DNA of 25,913 nt, taken from IMG/VR virus record IMGVR_UViG_3300032246_000211, positions 1 to 25,913 of that record. One strand, written 5' to 3'. Below the pieces are notes generated by a model, which saw only the letters and a list, made by a program, of their open reading frames with translations, was not told the DNA's origin and ran no database searches. A program made the position numbers and the translations under genes. Positions 7,720-15,736 of the stretch are shown here, in pieces. The first letter of the stretch is position 1; every line of letters begins with the position of its first letter. The stretch comes from a virus (lineage: Duplodnaviria; Caudoviricetes).

Positions 7720-9696
7720 TTATGCTAATAAGTGCTTTTTAGCCTTTGTATCTTTTGCTATGTTCTTTTTGCCAATAGTTTTCTTACGACCAGCTTGAAT
7801 ACGGTCCATCATGGCATATAATCGTTTAGCACCAGCATCGGTGGAACCATTACCTATCTCGGACACAATTCGAGCTGGTATGACAAATTCGCCATCCGCA
7901 AGACGGGCTGGTTGCTTTCCTGCAATCGTAGCTGGAATGTCATCAGATACGCCATCGCCTGGACCTTTAAGCAAACGACCACCATCTGAGTAGTCACCCA
8001 AATCAGCTGCACCGCCATTAGCCATTTGCGTATATTTCTGATCTTTTGCATCATAACTAAACCTTTGCATACCCTCTAGACCTTGAGGATTGCCACCTTC
8101 TACTTGGTTATATCGTTGTGCAATTTGATCGTAAGTATATTTTGGCATTGCTTGTTGTTCTTGCGGCATTATTTGTGATACCAAATCTGCTATACCACCA
8201 AAACCATATCTTGGAACTTGACCGCCTTGGGCCATTGGAATAGCATAATTAGCCATATACCTAGCTGGTTCTTGACCAGTAAGACTGCGTTGATACTGAC
8301 CAGATAAATAACCAGGACCTACTTTTCGAGCTACGCCAACATCCATTGTGCTTGGTTTAACTGTCATTGCTCCACGATCTTTACCAGCAAAACCACTTAG
8401 TCCAGCCATTAAGGTAGTATCACGATCAAGCGCATAGTTTGCGCCAGCTCTGCCCATAACACCTTTCATCTGTGGGTTATCTACAAATCCTTGGGGGCTT
8501 GCATTAAAATTAATTTGTGATGGCTCACGAGGAATATAGGTATCAGGCATGTATTCCATTCCTGGCACAGATATACGACTTGATGATTCAGCGTCTTTAA
8601 GCATCTCATTCATGTTTTTTAAACGTTTCATGCGCTCTTTATATGACTCCACATCATCTTCATTTACCGCACCTTTGTCGGCAAATCGAGCAATACCGCC
8701 ACTAGCCATCATTACGCCAGTGTATGGCTGTGTTTTAGCGTCATAATCAGAACGAATAACTTCGGCAGAAGCTGGCATTTGGGTTGGAGTAGCAAAATTA
8801 GTATGCTCTTGCTGACTTAATGGATACATATTTCCTTGCCCACCCATCATATTCTGGGTCATACGCTCTACTGGACCGCCTATTGCCATTAATCCACCAG
8901 CTGCTGCAGCTACTGGAACATTTGGATTGGGAGTGCCAGCACGGGCTGAATAAGGAGTCTGCGCTGTATATTTCTGGTCAAAGTAGTTACGCTCTCTGGT
9001 ATCCATAATAGGCATGCCAGCTGCATCATATGTTGCTGTAGCGTATGGAGAAGGATAAGAATTACCTGCTGCATTTTGATTAGGGCTAAATTCGTAAGGA
9101 CGAATAGTGCCAGGATCATTTGCCGATGCTGGAGCATTAGCCCCTTTTCGGTTCATACCGCCTAATAGTGACAAACCTGCTGTGCCAGCCAAACCATAAC
9201 CAAGCATTTGACCTCCTGTCAATCCAGCAGCAGGAGCAATAGCTCCAGTAGCACCTAAAGTACCTGCAACGCTTGGAATAGAAGCAGCAGTTAATCCACC
9301 CACTCCAGTTGCAACAGGAGCAACGGCAGTAGCACCGCCTAAAGCTGCTGATCCTGCTAGGCTTGGAACAGATGCGGCAGTTAATCCACCGCCTCCAGTT
9401 GCTGCTACTGTAGGTGTGGCAACAGTTGTTGCCGCAGGTCCTATGGTTCCTGCTCCTGTGGCAGTTAAGCCACCAGCAGTAGTAGCAGGAGCCATAGCAG
9501 CACCTATACCACCTGCAGCACCACCAATAAGACCGCCAGTTAACATACTGTTTAGGATATTTCCATCACCAGTAACAGCGCTGTATAGACCGCCAATACC
9601 AGCACCAAGAAGAGCGCCACCAGCCAGTCCAGCTGCAACAGAGCCAGCGGTTAATCCAAAGACTGCTGCACCTGTAGCGGAAGCAACAACTGCCAT
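7720..9696 (-). CDS. Internal virion/ejection protein, 658 aa (start revised to MAVVASA...)
   Basis: SD GGAAGGAG directly upstream of the ATG at 9696, just after the cupin stop. Glycine-zipper-like hydrophobic N-terminus; C-terminal GPGDGVSDDIPA..ARLADGEFVIPA..GNGSTDAGA conserved domain; multiple xxGG motifs. Confidence 0.75.
   Translation of the reverse strand: MAVVASATGAAVFGLTAGSVAAGLAGGALLGAGIGGLYSAVTGDGNILNSMLTGGLIGGAAGGIGAAMAPATTAGGLTATGAGTIGPAATTVATPTVAATGGGGLTAASVPSLAGSAALGGATAVAPVATGVGGLTAASIPSVAGTLGATGAIAPAAGLTGGQMLGYGLAGTAGLSLLGGMNRKGANAPASANDPGTIRPYEFSPNQNAAGNSYPSPYATATYDAAGMPIMDTRERNYFDQKYTAQTPYSARAGTPNPNVPVAAAAGGLMAIGGPVERMTQNMMGGQGNMYPLSQQEHTNFATPTQMPASAEVIRSDYDAKTQPYTGVMMASGGIARFADKGAVNEDDVESYKERMKRLKNMNEMLKDAESSSRISVPGMEYMPDTYIPREPSQINFNASPQGFVDNPQMKGVMGRAGANYALDRDTTLMAGLSGFAGKDRGAMTVKPSTMDVGVARKVGPGYLSGQYQRSLTGQEPARYMANYAIPMAQGGQVPRYGFGGIADLVSQIMPQEQQAMPKYTYDQIAQRYNQVEGGNPQGLEGMQRFSYDAKDQKYTQMANGGAADLGDYSDGGRLLKGPGDGVSDDIPATIAGKQPARLADGEFVIPARIVSEIGNGSTDAGAKRLYAMMDRIQAGRKKTIGKKNIAKDTKAKKHLLA
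9271..9402. repeat. Imperfect 42-nt direct repeat with 90-nt period (30-aa internal duplication)
   Basis: gcttggaatagaagcagcagttaatccacccactccagttgc (9271) vs gcttggaacagatgcggcagttaatccaccgcctccagttgc (9361); encodes ATG[GV]GGLTAAS[VI]PS. Confidence 0.85.
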
Positions 9697-9697
9697 A

Positions 9698-10114
9698 TTA
9701 TTCTCCTTCCAGCATAGGCTGGGTATTATCAACTAGCATATTTTCCAATACTTCTATATTTGTTTCATCAGTCGCTAGGATATTCTGGAAAACTGTAGTT
9801 TCTAGAATGTAAGCTACTTTACGACCAGCACCGCCAACAAAAGTCATCGGAGCTACAAGTTCTTTCTTATTGCCATCAGCATTTACAATAATCATTCTGC
9901 CCTGCAACATAACGCACATATGCTCTTTTCTATGTGGCTTGCCAATAACTACCGCACCAGCTGGCATAGTTACTTCTCTAATATAAATACTAGGGCCAAA
10001 GTAATGTTTTGTCTGGCAATCTACCTGTGGCATTTTCTCTACCTGAGAAAGCAAGACCTCAACCTTTTGCGATAAAAGGCTATCTAAGTCTTGTTTAATA
10101 GCTAGATCTGTCAT
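9698..10114 (-). CDS. Cupin-fold protein
   Basis: HYFGPSIYIREVTMPAGAVVIGKPHRKEHMCVMLQGRMII: cupin motif with H-x3-H; ATGA overlap with the upstream gene. Confidence 0.75.
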   Translation of the reverse strand: MTDLAIKQDLDSLLSQKVEVLLSQVEKMPQVDCQTKHYFGPSIYIREVTMPAGAVVIGKPHRKEHMCVMLQGRMIIVNADGNKKELVAPMTFVGGAGRKVAYILETTVFQNILATDETNIEVLENMLVDNTQPMLEGE

Positions 10115-10683
10115 ATTGTGGCTTTAAGTTTGTATTTAGGATTGTCTGATTCTTCTACTTTTGCACCCAATTTAACTAGCATCTGCGTTGTAATTGGTGC
10201 TGGGAGTGTGTCATAAACAGTTCTAACACCTTGATCTTTGAGATATTTGAAAAAATATTGCATGTCATCTGCTAAATCTTTCATTGTCCCAACGGTAAAG
10301 AAATGGATTTGAGCAACGCTATTACCTAAAGATTTGTAGCCCATTACAGAGCTTTCAAATGGAATTAGTTCTAATCCTTGTGAAATTTCTTTCTGTAAGT
10401 TTTTCATACCTTGGTCAACATCAACGCCCAAATTTCTGAAGTAATGTTCAAAAACTTTTAAAATTTGAGTTTTTTGAATTTGCTCATTTGCAGCAGCTAA
10501 ACCGCCTTTTGCAAAGCCTTGAGGCTGCATACCTGGTAATCCTGGAGGAGCCATGTTAGGCTGCATAGGCTGTTGTATTGGCGCAACATTTTGTGGAATA
10601 GGCGTACCCTGTCCACCAGACTGTTTAGCCAACGTCTGGGCTTGATATTGTTCGGTAGGAACTAAACTGTCAAAGAATCCCAT
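10111..10683 (-). CDS. Protein with Gln/Pro-rich leader ending in FAKGG and a degenerate GNAT-like C-terminal domain
   Basis: SD GAGGA. C-terminal pattern VMGYK-AQIHFF-helix(LADDMQYFFKYLKDQG)-VRTVYD-helix(MLVKLG) matches GNAT topology. Confidence 0.6.
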   Translation of the reverse strand: MGFFDSLVPTEQYQAQTLAKQSGGQGTPIPQNVAPIQQPMQPNMAPPGLPGMQPQGFAKGGLAAANEQIQKTQILKVFEHYFRNLGVDVDQGMKNLQKEISQGLELIPFESSVMGYKSLGNSVAQIHFFTVGTMKDLADDMQYFFKYLKDQGVRTVYDTLPAPITTQMLVKLGAKVEESDNPKYKLKATI

Positions 10684-10711
10684 GTATTCCTCACAAGGTT
10701 GATTATGTTGG

Positions 10712-10720
10712 ATTTTAGCA
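10712..10720 (-). promoter_or_regulatory. Putative extended -10 promoter (TGCTAAAAT) upstream of the internal-protein block
   Basis: TGnTAAAAT in the largest intergenic gap of the window (10684-10721), about 30 nt upstream of the ATG at 10683; no convincing -35 element. Confidence 0.5.
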
Positions 10721-10721
10721 T

Positions 10722-11000
10722 TTAAACGATTGTTCCATCAGCTTTTATCCAGTTGGTTCCATTCCACCAGATAGGTCTGTTAATTGTAGTATCAAAAAAC
10801 ATCTGCCCAATATGGAGCTGGACTGCTGGGCGCTCTGCACCTGTTCCTGATATTGGCTGGGCTATAAATCCAGTAAAGTTATCTATTTGGGTAAAGTAAA
10901 GGCGCAGGGCATTAGTAAGCTGGTCAATATAGCGCTGGTCATAATCGACTGGAGCAATTGGAATATTTGGGGATTTAGAGGGGCGTAAATTAACAGCCAT
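10722..11000 (-). CDS. Small virion structural protein (tail-associated), hypothetical
   Basis: TAATG coupling to the gp10-like gene; PNIPIAPVDYDQ..LRLYF N-terminal helix, followed by a GQMFFDTTINRPIWWNGTNW beta motif like those in fibres. Confidence 0.65.
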   Translation of the reverse strand: MAVNLRPSKSPNIPIAPVDYDQRYIDQLTNALRLYFTQIDNFTGFIAQPISGTGAERPAVQLHIGQMFFDTTINRPIWWNGTNWIKADGTIV

Positions 11001-13168
11001 TATCTACGTCCATCTGGGCGAATATCGATACGGGGGCTACCCAACTGCCAAGATACGCCTAAAGTAGTTGATTCAATACGGAACGCCAGCTGGCGACCAC
11101 GAAGGCGGGTATAAACCTGCCCAGTAAACTCTTGAACGTTATATACAGCTGAAGAACCATAATTATCAGCACTGATTACATCTGGACTATCTGCAGTTCC
11201 ATAGGGCGTACCTGAGTTTCTACGGGGTTTAATCGTCATAGTTACTTGAGGGTTATTTACGTTAGACCCGTTAAAGTTAACGTCAGGCAAAATACGCCAT
11301 ACAAACCCAAAGTTATGTCCATCCCCAATGTCAAAGTCAGAAGACTGGACATAAGCAGTAAATGGCACTGGTGTTATGCCAGACACATCATCAACTGCTG
11401 ATTCCTGGTACAACATGCGAGAATTGTAATCTGCTGCCATAGGATATGGGCGGATGCCAGAATCTAGCCAAGCAGTTCTTGCCATGGTGCCGTAATACCA
11501 GACCCGATCAAGGTAGTTGTAAATAACATATTTATCTACTGTATTAGAGTTTGTTGAGCAGTAGAACCACCAAACTTCGTTGTAGCCCTCATTACCACCG
11601 CAGAATATTTGATACGCTTGATCTTTATTGATGTCGTTAAAAATATACTGGCGAAGTGAGCAAGGTAGGGTTTCTACCCGTCCAGAATACATATAGAACT
11701 TATCTGTACCCATCCAGTAAGTTACGTTATTAATCGTAATCATAGAATTAGGAGATATAACAGATATGTTATCCATCAGGATATTAAAGCCCCAAACATA
11801 GGGAGGCCCTAGGTACTGCATTGAATACAACGCAGAATCAGTCCAAACCAAGATCTCTTGGCGAGTTGCTCTAGCTTGCATGATGTAAGAGCCATTAGTA
11901 AGTCGGAACTCACCAGCTTGGTTTGTTACATCTGGCACCCATTCGTAAGGGTTTTCTTGGTCTGACCAGCGTACCAGCATAGGGTCAAACGTGGTAGCTG
12001 TTGTATTTGGATCATACGGATTAGCGCCCATACAGATAACAAAACGTTGAATAGCAGATGCAACTACTTGATAGGTAGAAGTAGGAACATACCCCCCGTT
12101 AAATCCAGCCGCAGTAGATAAGGTGCTTAAATATTGAGCACGAGTAGCTAAACCAGTAGCTGCAACCCAATAGAAAACGCTACCGCCACGAGGTGCAATT
12201 ACAAGGTCTTGACCGTAATTATCATTAGACCAAAGGCGTAATTGCTGACCAATACCAGAACTAAACCCAGTACCCCAACCACGAGTACCAGTCTGGGCAT
12301 ACGCAGTTACGGTTCCACCACCTGTAACAGAAGCATTAGCGCTTACTTGAGTTGTAATTGTGTAGGCCGCAGCGTTAACAATAGTTGGGTAAAACAAAGT
12401 ATTTAGTAAAGGTGCTGGGATTCCACCTGTTGCTGATGCGTTAGTAAATATAACGGCTGCACCGTTGGACAATCCATGGGCAGCGTGGGCTACAGTAACT
12501 GTAGTAGTTCCATTTGTAGTAAACGGATTAGTTAGAACCGTGGTTTTACCGTAATCAGGCCAAGGACCAGCACCCCAGCCAGTACCTAAAGTGTAAGTAT
12601 TTAATCCGACAGGTTGTTGGTATGCAATAGCAACTGTGCCACCACCTGTACCCGAAGCGTTAGCTGTAACGGAAATAGTTACTTTATAAGCCGTAGCATT
12701 AACTAAAGAAGTAACAGAAAACTCAGTATTAATAACAGCAGCCGTTACGTTACTAGTACCAATAGTAGAAGCGCCAGAGATAGTAAGGTAATCACCTACG
12801 TTTGGCTGGTAGGTAGCATCAACTACCGTCATTTGATTTGAACCGTTGACAATACTAAGCGGATTACTTAGCCCTGTTGTGTTTTTGGTAATAGGGGTAA
12901 TGTCGTTATATGTGCCACCATACTCAATATAGTATTTAACTTCCGTGCCAACACCTAAGTAATTTGAGCCGTTAAGGGCAATCCAATTCCACAAAGAGCG
13001 AGCATAGCCCAAGAACTGAGCCGTAGCCATGCGTGTCCAGCCACCTATTTTTTCAGGAAAGCCAGAACGAAAACGTACCTTGTCCGCATCGTACCAACCG
13101 CCTTCGTTGGCATAGTCAGTACCTTCTCGGTTAAGACCAGGTCTAAATTGTAGTTTTTGTAATGGCAT
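11000..13168 (-). CDS. Tail tubular protein B / P22 gp10-like head-closure (stabilisation) protein with two inserted beta-domains
   Basis: 722 aa, beta-propeller-like Trp/Tyr-rich strands (VRWSDQEN, NQAGEFRL, EVWWFY, YVIYNY..WYYG); ends RIDIRPDGRR; lies upstream of the ejection genes. Confidence 0.75.
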   Translation of the reverse strand: MPLQKLQFRPGLNREGTDYANEGGWYDADKVRFRSGFPEKIGGWTRMATAQFLGYARSLWNWIALNGSNYLGVGTEVKYYIEYGGTYNDITPITKNTTGLSNPLSIVNGSNQMTVVDATYQPNVGDYLTISGASTIGTSNVTAAVINTEFSVTSLVNATAYKVTISVTANASGTGGGTVAIAYQQPVGLNTYTLGTGWGAGPWPDYGKTTVLTNPFTTNGTTTVTVAHAAHGLSNGAAVIFTNASATGGIPAPLLNTLFYPTIVNAAAYTITTQVSANASVTGGGTVTAYAQTGTRGWGTGFSSGIGQQLRLWSNDNYGQDLVIAPRGGSVFYWVAATGLATRAQYLSTLSTAAGFNGGYVPTSTYQVVASAIQRFVICMGANPYDPNTTATTFDPMLVRWSDQENPYEWVPDVTNQAGEFRLTNGSYIMQARATRQEILVWTDSALYSMQYLGPPYVWGFNILMDNISVISPNSMITINNVTYWMGTDKFYMYSGRVETLPCSLRQYIFNDINKDQAYQIFCGGNEGYNEVWWFYCSTNSNTVDKYVIYNYLDRVWYYGTMARTAWLDSGIRPYPMAADYNSRMLYQESAVDDVSGITPVPFTAYVQSSDFDIGDGHNFGFVWRILPDVNFNGSNVNNPQVTMTIKPRRNSGTPYGTADSPDVISADNYGSSAVYNVQEFTGQVYTRLRGRQLAFRIESTTLGVSWQLGSPRIDIRPDGRR

Positions 13169-13174
13169 GCGGGT

Positions 13175-13762
13175 TTACCCTAATACTGACAATGCTTTTG
13201 CAATTTTAGCTTTGCGGTCATCCAAGCCAATTAAACCGCCATTAATACGTTTGGTCATTGTCTCATAATCATTAGCATCAGCCAAGGCGTTTAGTCCTTT
13301 TTTGTTCCAGAACCACCCCGCAGACAAAGCAGCATAATTAGGCTCAGCCAAAAGAGTAGGTTCGCTGACAAAGTCAACGCCAAGTGCAGTTCCACAATTG
13401 ACATAGTTCTCCTTGCCAGTTAGTTGAATAAGACCCCTGCCTAAATACTTAGCAGCCTCTTCTTCGCTGGTGTTACCTAACCTGCCGTTGTATACCTTGC
13501 CAGCAATCTTAGCTGGTTGACGAGCGTATTGGTCTGCAATCTCTTTAGTTGGGAAACGGCTGGGCCAAGTTTTCATTAAGCCTTCAGCGCTGTAATTTAG
13601 GTTTTCTTGCAAAGTTTTAAAATTACCAGACTCATGAGCACACTGACCAATAAACGCTGCTTGACGCTGTGGTGTAGAGATATCATATTTAACAAAAGCC
13701 TCTTCTAGTGGACCTAACCATTTGTGGTCAATGCCCAGTTTGTCTAGCTGGTCATACGTCAT
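13175..13762 (-). CDS. Glycoside hydrolase family 19 endolysin
   Basis: AAFIGQCAHESGNF, ENLNYS, YLGRGLIQLTGKENY, SAGWFW, TKRINGGLIGLDDR. Confidence 0.93.
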   Translation of the reverse strand: MTYDQLDKLGIDHKWLGPLEEAFVKYDISTPQRQAAFIGQCAHESGNFKTLQENLNYSAEGLMKTWPSRFPTKEIADQYARQPAKIAGKVYNGRLGNTSEEEAAKYLGRGLIQLTGKENYVNCGTALGVDFVSEPTLLAEPNYAALSAGWFWNKKGLNALADANDYETMTKRINGGLIGLDDRKAKIAKALSVLG

Positions 13763-14157
13763 TTCTTAGCCTTCATATCCATAATCTTCTCAAGGGTACG
13801 TCCACCAAAGTAAAAAGACATAATAAGCATACCCCATTGACCTAGCAGTTCTACATAGTTATTATTTACCTCTATGTCCCATGCTGACATCATTGCAAAC
13901 GCAGAATAAACAAATAGGATAAATACTAATGTTCCTGGACGAATGTTTTTCGATAGCCAACTATCTGATGTCATATCTGCTTCTGCTCGCTTGGTCAGCT
14001 CTTGAGTTTCTGCTGTGTCTGCCTGTAGCTCTGCTAGTCGGCCTTGCTGTTGCAGCTCCATTAATTTTGCTTGCGCCTCGGCTTTGGCAGCTGGGTCGGG
14101 AATGACCTTATCTAGAATTTTCATGCCTACACCAATAATGTCGTCTATTCCAAACAT
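13759..14157 (-). CDS. Holin (3TM/GTA-holin-like)
   Basis: KILDKVIPD N-terminus, SWLSKNIRP, two hydrophobic segments, FYFGGRTLEK; ATGA-coupled to the endolysin. Confidence 0.85.
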   Translation of the reverse strand: MFGIDDIIGVGMKILDKVIPDPAAKAEAQAKLMELQQQGRLAELQADTAETQELTKRAEADMTSDSWLSKNIRPGTLVFILFVYSAFAMMSAWDIEVNNNYVELLGQWGMLIMSFYFGGRTLEKIMDMKAKK

Positions 14158-14159
14158 AT

Positions 14160-14612
14160 TTACCCCTTATAGCCCCAAGTTAAATACCACGCAATAACTG
14201 CAGCTGCCGCAAAGCAATAAAACTGAACACGCCTGACTGCTTTTAAATCATGCTGGTATTCTTCGTTATCTTTGCGTTGCATATTCTCAATATCCAGCTT
14301 AATTTTTAAGACTGCTTCCCATTCTTTAGCACCGTACTTCTTAACAAAATCAATCTTTAATTTTGCCTCTTCATCAGATATTTGTTTCTTATGCTTCCAA
14401 GATTCAAGAGCCTTGATTAGCGCTCTTTCCTTTTTAAACTCTGCTTCTCGTCTTGCTCTAATACGTTCATTAGCTTGTTTTTGAGCTGCTTCTATTCCAT
14501 CTAGCTGAATACCTTCAATACTTTTGGATAATCCTTTAGCAGCTTCTCGGTTTGCATCAAGACTTCCACTAAGAGCCTTTACTCCTTCGGATATGCCGTA
14601 AGGATCTGCCAT
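14160..14612 (-). CDS. Coiled-coil protein with C-terminal transmembrane segment (possible lysis accessory)
   Basis: Charged helical body; FYCFAAAAVIAWYLTWG at the C-terminus; immediately upstream of the holin. Confidence 0.6.
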   Translation of the reverse strand: MADPYGISEGVKALSGSLDANREAAKGLSKSIEGIQLDGIEAAQKQANERIRARREAEFKKERALIKALESWKHKKQISDEEAKLKIDFVKKYGAKEWEAVLKIKLDIENMQRKDNEEYQHDLKAVRRVQFYCFAAAAVIAWYLTWGYKG

Positions 14613-14615
14613 ACA

Positions 14616-14828
14616 TTAGAGCGTTGCCCCACCAGACGAAAGATTAGCCACCACAATAGCTACATGCTGTTCTGGAGTAGATAAATCAAACCCGCAGTCA
14701 TTACACTTTTGCGCAGCTAGTTCAGCTTCGTCAACATCACGGCTGCAATTAGGGCAGTAGACTTCAATGGTATGACGACACAAGATTGAACCATCGTCTA
14801 GTTTTGCATCTTGGATTTCTTTAATCAT
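14616..14828 (-). CDS. Small zinc-ribbon protein
   Basis: CPNC-x12-CNDCG; fits the gene tiling between its neighbours. Confidence 0.7.
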   Translation of the reverse strand: MIKEIQDAKLDDGSILCRHTIEVYCPNCSRDVDEAELAAQKCNDCGFDLSTPEQHVAIVVANLSSGGATL

Positions 14829-14837
14829 ATTAACCCT

Positions 14838-15413
14838 TTAAAATTCTGTCCATCCAGTAGTAATATATTTTTCATTACTTAATGGTGGATTACCTCGGTG
14901 TGTATGTGTAAATGCGGCAGGCCAAATAAGCAATGTGCCTTGTTTTGGTTTAACTCTCATGTGCTGATAAAGAAATTCTGTTTCTCCACCTTCTTCAACA
15001 TCATTTAAATACACCATCCAAGCTAATAATCTATGACAACTTTCTCTGTTCATTGATTCATAATGCCAAATATGATAACCACCACCAATAGGTGTTTTTT
15101 GTATTTTGAATGAATAGTTTGAATGATTACCACTTTCATTTAAAACAGAAAATCTAGTTGTGTAATGTTTTTTATATATATCCCAAAAAACTTTATTAAA
15201 TTCAACAGTTAAATTAGCACCATTTTGAACATTAATAACTTCTTCAGAATGGGTAAAAAGAGATTCATCATCTTTTAATGTTTTATTGATTTGTTCTAAT
15301 TGTTGTCTATTACCAATATAACCATTTTTTTTCATATTATCAAAAAATTGAATTGCAGTTTCACAATACTCTTTTGAAAAAGCATTTTCATAAATACCAA
15401 TAAACTGTGTCAT
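14838..15413 (-). CDS. 2OG-Fe(II) oxygenase (prolyl-4-hydroxylase-like)
   Basis: GYHIWHYE (H-x-E), YLNDVEEGGETEF, PKQGTLLIWPA, THTHRGNPP, KYITTGW. Confidence 0.92.
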   Translation of the reverse strand: MTQFIGIYENAFSKEYCETAIQFFDNMKKNGYIGNRQQLEQINKTLKDDESLFTHSEEVINVQNGANLTVEFNKVFWDIYKKHYTTRFSVLNESGNHSNYSFKIQKTPIGGGYHIWHYESMNRESCHRLLAWMVYLNDVEEGGETEFLYQHMRVKPKQGTLLIWPAAFTHTHRGNPPLSNEKYITTGWTEF

Positions 15414-15433
15414 ATTTTATTTTTAATATTATT

Positions 15434-15724
15434 TTAAATAATTGTTGGATTATAAGGAGTTGGTATTATTGTAGACTTTGGTTGATTAGTTGTTAAAACT
15501 GTGCCATCCCAAGTGAACCCAATATCACCAGCACCTAAAACTCCAGTCAAAACCCAACCTGTGTAATCTTCATTAGGTTGCCAAATCATGCTTAAAGTTT
15601 CATTATCAACAAGCATTGTTGAAGTTTCAGGAGGTTGCCAAGTGCTTGTATCACCATCCCAAGATACATTATTAATCACAATATTTGTATTGTTATCAAC
15701 TTCTAAATAGTTTTGAATTGTCAT
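15434..15724 (-). CDS. Small acidic protein, probable tail-fibre accessory/chaperone
   Basis: Follows the Gly-rich fibre; VINNVSWDG..WQPP and GDIGFTWDG motifs; SD AAGGA. Confidence 0.6.
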   Translation of the reverse strand: MTIQNYLEVDNNTNIVINNVSWDGDTSTWQPPETSTMLVDNETLSMIWQPNEDYTGWVLTGVLGAGDIGFTWDGTVLTTNQPKSTIIPTPYNPTII

Positions 15725-15736
15725 TTTATTTCCTTT

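Noticed and set aside
9697-9732. 12-aa N-terminal extension of the 670-aa ORF
   Set aside because: Overlaps the cupin gene; a strong SD supports the ATG at 9696.
13175-13762. Chitinase as an auxiliary metabolic gene
   Set aside because: GH19 coupled to a holin is the standard endolysin arrangement.
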